NCBI GenBank assembly: GCA_026993705.1
Contig: JALWSJ010000405.1
Location: 1 to 37,645, forward strand
Source: Flavobacteriales bacterium
GTDB lineage: Bacteria > Bacteroidota > Bacteroidia > Flavobacteriales_D > Parvicellaceae
DNA: 37,645 nucleotides
Reading direction: 5' to 3'
The position numbers and the translations under genes are program-made. Position 1 is the first letter of the stretch; the number at the start of each line of letters is the position of its first letter. The notes under the pieces are model-generated. The model did no database searches and had not been told where the DNA came from. It saw nothing but the letters and a program-made list of their open reading frames with translations. Positions 11,509 to 19,128 of this stretch are shown piece after piece.

Positions 11509-11699
11509 GGGCGTTCCCATTACGGCATAAAAAAGCGGTTACGTTGCACTACACCACTTTTCAACGCCGTAATGGTCGGGCTATTACTACTCACTCTTTT
11601 TGCCCTCAAAAGGAGGAGGGCAAAAAGGAGTTCAGACACGCCGTTCTATCCCTAACGCGAGTGAAATTGGCGGATAGAAAGTGAGTTTTAGTTTTCATC
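11509..11699 (+). repeat. Structured intergenic element, copy B
   Basis: GGGCGTTCCC, hairpin 1 (ATTACGGC...GCCGTAAT), GGTCGGGCTATTACTACTCACT, hairpin 2 (CTTTTTGCCCTC..GAGGGCAAAAAG), GAGTTCAGACACGCCGTTCTATCCCTAACGCG, then the tail GAAAGTGAGTTTTAGTTTTC. Box 1 begins 21 nt from the start codon of the divergent ORF 10829..11488. Confidence 0.85.
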
Positions 11700-11717
11700 A
11701 AAAAAAGTTCAACAAAT

Positions 11718-12047
11718 CTAACTAAACAATTTTCTCAATACCACTTTTTCAAACTCTCGTTGCAACACCAATTTCGCCAACAAAAATTGTGGCTTTCCAT
11801 CACTGCCGTAAATCTTATTTTGATTCACGTCAATTCGATATAACAAGTTATATAGCTGGGCATCGTTTTCGTTCAATAATTCTTCAAAAAAAAGTACGCA
11901 CTCATGAATCAATTCGTCAATAGTTAAATCCGTAGCAAATAAATTATCAAAGCCGGTCATTTGCAAATCCTTATTCAGTTGACTAATAATTTTAGGCAAT
12001 AATTCAGTACTAAAAGCAACACCTTGATACGGAGAAATAGAAAACAT
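11718..12047 (-). CDS. Hypothetical protein
   Basis: 109-aa ORF with coding-like composition and no recognisable motif. Confidence 0.5.
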   Translation of the reverse strand: MFSISPYQGVAFSTELLPKIISQLNKDLQMTGFDNLFATDLTIDELIHECVLFFEELLNENDAQLYNLLYRIDVNQNKIYGSDGKPQFLLAKLVLQREFEKVVLRKLFS

Positions 12048-12072
12048 AAACGGATTTGAATGACAACAAATA

Positions 12073-12080
12073 CAAAAATA
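12073..12080 (-). promoter_or_regulatory. Candidate -7 promoter box (TAnnTTTG) for ORF 11718..12047
   Basis: Plus strand CAAAAATA equals TATTTTTG on the minus strand, 26 nt upstream of the start codon. Confidence 0.3.
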
Positions 12081-12188
12081 TCATTTTATCGTATAGAAAC
12101 AACTCGATTTGATTAATTTAGTAGCCGTAAGTAAAGAGAAAAGGATGATTTTTATAATCAATCACTCAAAAGAACGAGGAAAAACAAA

Positions 12189-13739
12189 ATGAGTAAGCTA
12201 AAAAAACTTGCAGGGCAAACAGTTATTTACGGAGCGAGTAGCATCATCGGTCGCTTCCTTAACTATATGCTTACTCCGCTGTTTACTTACGATAAAGTCT
12301 TTTCGCCCGACCAATTTGGTATCATAACCGAAATGTATGCGTATGTAGCTTTCTTATCGGTTATGCTTACTTACGGAATGGAAACAACTTATTTTCGTTT
12401 TTCCAGTCAACATGGGCAAGAGGGAAGAAAAGTGTATAAAAATGCTCTTACTGCATTGCTTTCCACAACCTCTCTTTTTATTCTTTCGGCAGTAGTATTT
12501 TCGCAAGAAATAGCCGATTGGCTCAAATATCCCAATCATTCGGAATACGTTATTTGGTTTGCTATCATCGTTGGTTTAGACGCTTTGGGAAGTATTCCTT
12601 TGGCTCGATTAAGAAAAGAAGGCAGAGCCAAAAAATTTGCTTTGGTAAACTTAGCGAATATCGGTGTTTTTATCAGTGTAAACCTTTTCTTTTTGGTGTA
12701 TTGCAGAATCAACTACCAAGATCATTCAAACTGGCTAATCGATTGGCTATATAATCCAGAAATCGGTGTAGGTTATGTCTTTATTGCGAACCTTATCGCC
12801 AGCATCGTTAAGTTTTCACTATTAGCTCCCGAACTGAAAATAAAATTGGGTTTTGATAAAGATTTAACAAAACAAATGTTAGCCTATACTTATCCATTGT
12901 TTTTTGTCGGAGTAGCCGGAATCATCAACGAAACATTGGATAGAACTATGATAAAAGAGATGTTGTTTAACAAGTATGTTGCTAGTGGTATCAATACACA
13001 GGAAGCACTTAAAATGGCACAAACCCAACTAGGAATTTATGGTGCAAACTACAAAATCACAATGATTATTGCCATGGCAATTCAAGCTTATCGTTATGCA
13101 GCAGAACCATTTTTCTTTAAAGAATCTAAAGGAAAAAATGCAAAACAGACCTATTCTTTGGTGATGAATTATTTTGTCATTATCGTTTCATTCTTATTTC
13201 TTGCAATAGCTCTGAATTTACAAATATTCAGGTATTTCACGCCGAATAAAGTGTATTGGGTAGGGCTGAAAATTGTTCCGATTTTGTTGTTTGCAAATTT
13301 GTGTTTGGGAATATATTACAATCAATCTATTTGGTATAAATTGTCCAATAAAACGATATACGGAGCTTTAATTTCCATTTTAGGAGCTTTAATAACAGTC
13401 GTAGTTAACTATAATTTTATTCCGGAGTATAGTTATGTTGCTTCCGCTTGGGCAACGTTGTTGTGCTATGCTAGTATGATGATTCTGTCTTATTACCTAG
13501 GTAAAAAGTTTTACCCGATTAGCTACAATTTAAAGAAGGCTTTTTTGTATCTGTTTTCAGCCTTGCTTTTATTTTTTCTACGCTACCGTCAAGATTTAAC
13601 AGGCGATTTTAGTTGGGGAGTTTTTATATATCATTCTTTCTTGATTGTATTATTTCTTGGACTTGTCGCTTTTATGGAACAAAGAACCATAAAAAGACAA
13701 TTTCCGAAATTATTTAAGCAAGTTCAATCAGCTTCTTGA
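12189..13739 (+). CDS. Polysaccharide/oligosaccharide flippase, MOP (Wzx-like) superfamily membrane protein
   Basis: 516 aa, polytopic (about 12-14 hydrophobic segments). The N-terminal KLAGQTVIYGASSIIGRFLNYMLTPL pattern is typical of polysaccharide biosynthesis/flippase proteins. Confidence 0.65.
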   Translation: MSKLKKLAGQTVIYGASSIIGRFLNYMLTPLFTYDKVFSPDQFGIITEMYAYVAFLSVMLTYGMETTYFRFSSQHGQEGRKVYKNALTALLSTTSLFILSAVVFSQEIADWLKYPNHSEYVIWFAIIVGLDALGSIPLARLRKEGRAKKFALVNLANIGVFISVNLFFLVYCRINYQDHSNWLIDWLYNPEIGVGYVFIANLIASIVKFSLLAPELKIKLGFDKDLTKQMLAYTYPLFFVGVAGIINETLDRTMIKEMLFNKYVASGINTQEALKMAQTQLGIYGANYKITMIIAMAIQAYRYAAEPFFFKESKGKNAKQTYSLVMNYFVIIVSFLFLAIALNLQIFRYFTPNKVYWVGLKIVPILLFANLCLGIYYNQSIWYKLSNKTIYGALISILGALITVVVNYNFIPEYSYVASAWATLLCYASMMILSYYLGKKFYPISYNLKKAFLYLFSALLLFFLRYRQDLTGDFSWGVFIYHSFLIVLFLGLVAFMEQRTIKRQFPKLFKQVQSAS

Positions 13740-13867
13740 AGAGATTGAGCATTTCTCAATTTTGAAAACTAAATTTTTTGTATATATTTACATAAGGTAA
13801 GCACATATTTCCTTGAGTATAATGCTTAAAAGCAATCACTTCGCCAATAAATACGTTACGATAGTAG

Positions 13868-16800
13868 ATGTTTAAAAATGTATATATAATTTTTCTTTTG
13901 ATTGGGTTGTCTTCCTATGCCCAATTGGTAGATTACGAGATAAAGATTGTGGAGATAATGGCTACGGCGGATGCCTCTGATTTGCAGGGACAAGATCCTA
14001 CATGGTATATTTGGTTTAAAGATAATGGAACGAATGGTTCAGCTATTACCTCATGGGTGCCGACAGGTTGTATTTATTTAGCTGACAATAATTATGGTTC
14101 ATGGTTTTCAGGTACGCCTAATCAAGGTCCGTCAATTCCTTTTTCGTGGCAAATTGTAACAGGTACAGATGCGACTCAAATCCAAACTCAAATAGAAGGT
14201 TTTGAAAAAGATTGCCCCAACGATTGTAGTTACGACGGTTCGTGTTATTGGGGTACGATAAATGATGATAATCACGATAATCGAGCAAATTCTGGTAATA
14301 TAGATTTTACACTAGATTCTCCTTGTCAATGGAATCAATACGAGATAGCAAATGACGATTATCACGCAAGAGTAGAAATTTATTGGACGTTTAATGCCTT
14401 AGATGCAGGTGAAATAGATGGAGAACAATATGTTTGTATGAATGGCGACCCAACAGTATTGGGTTCTGTACAGGACGGAGAACCGGCAACGTCTAATTTT
14501 GCTAGCTACCAATGGCAACAGTCTTTGGGTTGTACAGGTGCTTTTGTAGATATTCCCGGAGCAACAAATTCCACTTATGACCCTCCGCTGGGTTTGATTC
14601 AAAATACGTGTTTCCGAAGAAAAGTTTTAACTCCTTGTGATGAAGCTATTTCCAACGGAGTTGTAGTGGGGATAGAAGTTCCTTCAGTTGCTGCAACATC
14701 TATAACCGCAACACCGGCTAGTCTTTGTGGAGCGGGTAATGTTACGCTTTCTGTCAATGGCGGAACACTTGGGTCAAATGCCGATTGGTATTGGTATGAT
14801 AACGACCCCAACTCAAACGGAAACCTTATTGGAACGGGAGACCCGTTTACAGTAAATGTTTCTTCTACTTCTACATTTTATGTAAGAGCAGAAGGAAACT
14901 GCTCGGTAACACCTTCAGTTAGTAAGTTAGTAGTCGTAGAAAACCCGTCTAATCCACCAACAACGTTAACACCTTCCAGCTCATCTATTTGCTTAGGTGG
15001 AGGCACAGATTTAACCGCCACCGGAGGAGTGTTGGGCACAAATGCCGTTTATGCATGGTACGACCAAGACCCAAATTTAGGAAGTCCATTGCCTATTCAC
15101 ACGAGTTCTATTCCAACGTATATTGGGGTAAGCCCCGCAACCACGACAACCTACTATGTGCGTATTGAAGGGTGTGATACTACTGCATTGGCTTATACAA
15201 CGGTTTTTGTAACACAACCTTCAACAGCACCGACAGGCATTACCGCTAGCAATACTACGGTTTGTCCTAACGATATGGTTTCTTTAACGGTAACTGGAGG
15301 AAGTTTGGGAGATGGAGCAGATTGGTATTGGTATGAAAACGGCTGTGGAGCTGGTGCAGCCATAGGTACAGGAGCTACAATAAATGTCAATCCTTTAGTA
15401 ACGACTAACTATTTTGTACGTGCCGAAGGTACTTGTAATATGACGAATTGCATGAACATTACCATTGTTGTAGATGATGAGTCAACTCCGCCTGCATCCG
15501 TTGTATCTTCAGCTACAAATGTTTGTCCAGGTGATGTTAGTGTATTATCGGTTGTAGGTGGGAATTTAGGTACAGGGGCAGATTGGTATTGGTATGCATC
15601 TTCTTGTGGAGGAACTCCCGTAGGCACGGGAAGCAGTATAAGTGTAAACCCCACAGTAACGACCGATTACTTCGTTCGTGCAGAAGGTAGTTGTAATACT
15701 ACTTCTTGTGCAACCGTAACTATAAATGTCAAAACTATTTCAACAGATGCTACGGGGATAACTGTATCAAACAATAATATTTGTTCAGGAACCGCTACAA
15801 CATTAAATGTTTCAGGAGGTAGTTTGGGAGCCGGAGCAACGTGGGAATGGTACACAGGTTCTTGCGGAGGTGCTTACTTAGGGAGTGGTGCAACTCTTTC
15901 TGTTTCTCCTACGGCTACAACTATATATTACGTGAGAGCTGAAGGAGATTGTAATACTTCAGGTTGTGTAAATGCAACGGTAACAGTTCTGCCGACTTCC
16001 ACATTGCCGACCTCTATTTTAGTTTCTAATCCCAATGTTTGCCCTAATTCTTCAACCGATTTGACCGTTGTAGGAGGGAATTTAGTTAACGGGGATAATT
16101 GGACGTGGTATGAGGGAGGATGTGGTTTAGGAACGCCTATCGGAACAGGAAACACTATAAGCGTTTCTCCTTCATCTGCAACAGAATATTTTGTAAGAGG
16201 AGAGGGGACATGTGGGTTTACAAATTGTGCAAGTGTAATGGTGAATACAGATGAAGTATCTACAGCACCAAATGAAATAGTAGCTACAAGCACAGCTCTT
16301 TGTGTGGGACAATCTACTGTATTGTCTGTGTCGGGAGGGAATCTTGGTTCGGGAGCTACATGGCAATGGTATTCTGGTTCGTGTGGCAGTAATCCTGTAG
16401 GAAGTGGTAATTCTATAAGTGTAGCCCCAAGTGCTACAACAACCTATTACGTGCGAGGTGAAGGGAATTGTGGAAACTCTTCTTGCGTAAATATCACAAT
16501 TGATGTGGGGGCAGGAGTAGATGCTCCTACTTCAGCAAATGTTTCTACCGATAATATTTGTCCAGGAGCAACAACAACACTAACAGTGGTAGGCTCTACC
16601 TTACCAAGTGATTACACTTGGGTATGGTACACAGGTGCTTGTGGTGCTGTACCGGTGGGAGTGGGAACTTCATTAGACGTTTCTCCTACATTTACCGAAA
16701 CTTATTTTGTTCGTGCAGTCGGAACGTGTGGAGCAACATCATGTCAAAGTGTTACTGTAAATGTTCAAAATGGAAGTGTAGCAGCAACAGGAGTACAAGT

Positions 16801-17755
16801 GTCGAATAATAATTTCTGTCAAGGAGAAACAACAACATTGACCGTAGTCGGAGGAAATTTAGTATCAGGAGCCGATTGGATGTGGTACGAAAACAGTTGC
16901 GGAGGTAGTCCGCCGGTAGGAACAGGGACAAGTGTAACACTTACCCCCAATAACTCAACTACCTATTATGTAAGAGCCGAAGGAGGAACATGTGGAAGTA
17001 CCGAATGTGCAAGTGCTTTCGTAAGTGTAATTGAAACAATCGTACATTGTAATCCGTTTGATACGCTCTGCGGAATAGGATTGCCGTTTGCTTTGGAAGG
17101 AGGAGAACCCGATGGAGGTGTCTATTCAGGAACAGGAGTAGCAAATGGAATTTTCAATCCGGAGGTTGCGGGAGTTGGCACGCATACAATTACTTATACC
17201 TATATTTCTCCAATCAGTGGTTGTACCAATTCTGTCGATAAAGAAATAGTCGTAAAACCCTCGGACTTAACTGCAACAATAGTTACGGAAGAGTTCCCGT
17301 GTTCACAAGGAGGAATAACATTAAGTGTCCTAGCAAAAAATAATAAGGGGTTTTTAGATTACTTGTGGTCGAACGGTTCTTATGAAGAAAGTATCAATTT
17401 TGTAGAAGCAGGAACATATTCTGTGCAAATCAGAGACAACGAAGGTTGTGTAGCTAAATCCGATGAAGTAGTAATTACCGATGAAATGGAATGTATCGAT
17501 ATACCTAACACATTTACACCAAACGGAGATGGAAAAAACGATACATGGAATCTTGATTTCGCCGATTATGAAAGTGCCTCGCTAACCGTATTTTCCAAAT
17601 GGGGAAGAGAAGTCTATAAAACATCTTCTTTAGAAATTCATTGGAACGGTACAACAGCATCGGGAACTCATTTGCCTGCAGGAGTTTATTATTATGTGTT
17701 AGAACTAAACGGAGGCGAAAGAAAACAAAACGGAACAATAACATTACTGCGATGA
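13868..17755 (+). CDS. Large cell-surface adhesin-like protein with nine Ig-like (CHU_C-associated type) repeats and a T9SS type-B C-terminal sorting domain
   Basis: 1295 aa. It has a signal peptide and a Cys-rich N-terminal region. Nine repeats of about 87 aa follow, with the pattern C..G....L.V.GG.LG.GA.W.WY.G.CGG..VG.G.S..V.P..TT.Y.VRAEG.C. The C-terminus IPNTFTPNGDGKNDTW...GVYYYVLEL...GTITLLR matches the gliding-motility-associated (CHU_C / type B) CTD pattern. Confidence 0.85.
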   Translation: MFKNVYIIFLLIGLSSYAQLVDYEIKIVEIMATADASDLQGQDPTWYIWFKDNGTNGSAITSWVPTGCIYLADNNYGSWFSGTPNQGPSIPFSWQIVTGTDATQIQTQIEGFEKDCPNDCSYDGSCYWGTINDDNHDNRANSGNIDFTLDSPCQWNQYEIANDDYHARVEIYWTFNALDAGEIDGEQYVCMNGDPTVLGSVQDGEPATSNFASYQWQQSLGCTGAFVDIPGATNSTYDPPLGLIQNTCFRRKVLTPCDEAISNGVVVGIEVPSVAATSITATPASLCGAGNVTLSVNGGTLGSNADWYWYDNDPNSNGNLIGTGDPFTVNVSSTSTFYVRAEGNCSVTPSVSKLVVVENPSNPPTTLTPSSSSICLGGGTDLTATGGVLGTNAVYAWYDQDPNLGSPLPIHTSSIPTYIGVSPATTTTYYVRIEGCDTTALAYTTVFVTQPSTAPTGITASNTTVCPNDMVSLTVTGGSLGDGADWYWYENGCGAGAAIGTGATINVNPLVTTNYFVRAEGTCNMTNCMNITIVVDDESTPPASVVSSATNVCPGDVSVLSVVGGNLGTGADWYWYASSCGGTPVGTGSSISVNPTVTTDYFVRAEGSCNTTSCATVTINVKTISTDATGITVSNNNICSGTATTLNVSGGSLGAGATWEWYTGSCGGAYLGSGATLSVSPTATTIYYVRAEGDCNTSGCVNATVTVLPTSTLPTSILVSNPNVCPNSSTDLTVVGGNLVNGDNWTWYEGGCGLGTPIGTGNTISVSPSSATEYFVRGEGTCGFTNCASVMVNTDEVSTAPNEIVATSTALCVGQSTVLSVSGGNLGSGATWQWYSGSCGSNPVGSGNSISVAPSATTTYYVRGEGNCGNSSCVNITIDVGAGVDAPTSANVSTDNICPGATTTLTVVGSTLPSDYTWVWYTGACGAVPVGVGTSLDVSPTFTETYFVRAVGTCGATSCQSVTVNVQNGSVAATGVQVSNNNFCQGETTTLTVVGGNLVSGADWMWYENSCGGSPPVGTGTSVTLTPNNSTTYYVRAEGGTCGSTECASAFVSVIETIVHCNPFDTLCGIGLPFALEGGEPDGGVYSGTGVANGIFNPEVAGVGTHTITYTYISPISGCTNSVDKEIVVKPSDLTATIVTEEFPCSQGGITLSVLAKNNKGFLDYLWSNGSYEESINFVEAGTYSVQIRDNEGCVAKSDEVVITDEMECIDIPNTFTPNGDGKNDTWNLDFADYESASLTVFSKWGREVYKTSSLEIHWNGTTASGTHLPAGVYYYVLELNGGERKQNGTITLLR
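14678..17035 (+). repeat. Tandem coding repeats (nine Ig-like units of about 261 nt)
   Basis: Protein-level periodicity. The exact 16-mer GATTGGTATTGGTATG recurs at 14783, 15320 and 15581, and the last two are exactly 261 nt apart. Confidence 0.8.
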
Positions 17756-18717
17756 TGAACAATAAATTCTTCATATTGATAATGTTATTGATAAGCCTTA
17801 ACTGTAAACAACAAAGCTATGCACAGCAAATCGTAATGAATAGCCAATACATGATTAACAGTTTTGTCTTAAATCCGGCTGTAGCAGGAACAAAAACCTA
17901 CGCCCCGTTAGTGTTAAGTGCTCGTCGTCAATGGATGGGCATACGTGAAGCACCGGTGGCACAACATCTCTCTTATCACACCTCTATTAATAAATACTTA
18001 GGAGTAGGCGGAGCAATTTTTAATGATGTTGCCGGGCCTGCAAGAAGAACAGGATTATTGGTAGCACTTTCAACACAAGTAGAAACATCAAAATACGACC
18101 GTGTTTCATTTGGGTTGGCAACTTCAATGAGCCAATATATGATAAGAAAACAGTATTTAATTACGGAAGAAGATAACGACAACACCGTACTGAATTATAC
18201 TTCTAACAGGCTCATACCAGACATAGCATTCGGAATAAAATTCTACGGCGACCGCTACCAAGTAGGGTTATCCGGATTTAATATCATACAATCAAAAGTA
18301 GATTTAACCGATATAATGACCACTGTAACCAATAAGCTCGAACGAACGTTTTATCTAAACGGAAGTTACATTATCCCCCTTGGAAAACATAGCCCTCTAA
18401 TCACATTAGAACCGTCAGCCGTTCTACGCTATATGTCTACCGCACCCTTGCAATTTGATATAAACCTAAGAGCTATATACAACAAAAGGCTGTGGGCGGG
18501 TATATCCTATCGCTTTAAAGATGCAACAGCCTTGATGGTTGGATTCTCTACCTCAAAAATAGGAATCAGTTACTCTTATGATATCAGTATGTCCGGTTTG
18601 TCAAAGTATAATTCAGGTTCACACGAAGTAACATTAACCTTACGTCACAAAAATAAAAGAGGGAACTTTCCTGCAGGAGGTCAACGTTTTAATACGTATG
18701 ATTGTCCAACATTTTAA
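17752..18717 (+). CDS. PorP/SprF-family type IX secretion system membrane protein
   Basis: Signal peptide, then QQIVMNSQYMINSFVLNPAVAG (the PorP/SprF N-terminal signature) and a beta-rich C-terminus. The ATG at 17752 overlaps the adhesin stop (ATGA). The upstream ORF extension from 17641 is Arg/Lys-rich junk overlapping the adhesin. Confidence 0.8.
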   Translation: MMNNKFFILIMLLISLNCKQQSYAQQIVMNSQYMINSFVLNPAVAGTKTYAPLVLSARRQWMGIREAPVAQHLSYHTSINKYLGVGGAIFNDVAGPARRTGLLVALSTQVETSKYDRVSFGLATSMSQYMIRKQYLITEEDNDNTVLNYTSNRLIPDIAFGIKFYGDRYQVGLSGFNIIQSKVDLTDIMTTVTNKLERTFYLNGSYIIPLGKHSPLITLEPSAVLRYMSTAPLQFDINLRAIYNKRLWAGISYRFKDATALMVGFSTSKIGISYSYDISMSGLSKYNSGSHEVTLTLRHKNKRGNFPAGGQRFNTYDCPTF

Positions 18718-18948
18718 TGAGAATGATTTGGGCGTTCCCATTACAGCATAAAAAAGCAGTTTCGTTGCACTACACTACTTTTTAACGCCGTAATGGTCGG
18801 GCTATCCGCTATATCTTTTGCCCTCCAAAAGGAGGGAGGACAAAAGGATGCCGCTCCTATCCCTAACACGGAACAGGTGAATGCAAAGAAAACGGAGTTT
18901 AGTTTTCTTAGACGATGAAAAATTCTTTTGCATAGCCCCAGCTATGGG
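18716..18948 (+). repeat. Structured intergenic element, copy C (longest, with extended tail)
   Basis: AATGAGAATGATTTGGGCGTTCCC, hairpin 1 (ATTACAGC...GCCGTAAT), GGTCGGGCTATCCGCTATAT, hairpin 2 (CTTTTGCCCTCC..GGAGGACAAAAG), GATGCCGCTCCTATCCCTAACACG, then the tail GAAAACGGAGTTTAGTTTTCTTAGACGATGAAAAATTCTTTTGCATAGCCCCAGCTATGGG. It starts on the stop codon of the PorP/SprF gene. Confidence 0.85.
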
Positions 18949-19003
18949 AAATAATTTTGAAGAAGTATAAGGCAAATAAAAGCGTTTTATTGTGCTCAGA
19001 TGT

Positions 19004-19034
19004 TCCGTGTTAGGGATTGTATCCCTAACACGGA
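19004..19034. repeat. Perfect 31-nt palindrome built from the element's terminal box
   Basis: TCCGTGTTAGGGAT-TGT-ATCCCTAACACGGA. The 14-mer ATCCCTAACACGGA also ends copy C at 18859-18872. Confidence 0.9.
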
Positions 19035-19128
19035 TACAGAAGAATTATCAATACAAAAAAAACATAGGGATTATTCTACAAGCAACCAAAAATAATTAAC
19101 TTCGTCTTTTCTAAAAATTAATATACAT

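Noticed and set aside
17641-17751. Upstream extension of the first PorP/SprF ORF (MERYNSIGNSF...KRRRKKTKRNNNITA)
   Set aside because: It overlaps the conserved C-terminal sorting domain of the adhesin in another frame. The signal peptide and PorP signature begin at the ATG at 17752.
14399-17774. Series of minus-strand ORFs inside the adhesin gene, several sharing YQYQSAP..P.PP motifs
   Set aside because: They are antisense translations of the tandem Ig-like repeats (the GADWYWY region). Their similarity to one another reflects the sense-strand repeats.
18815-18846. Hairpin 2 of the element as a rho-independent terminator
   Set aside because: In both orientations the stem is preceded by CTTTTG and followed by CAAAAG. 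The U-tract is therefore on the 5' side and an A-tract on the 3' side, the wrong geometry for an intrinsic terminator on either strand.
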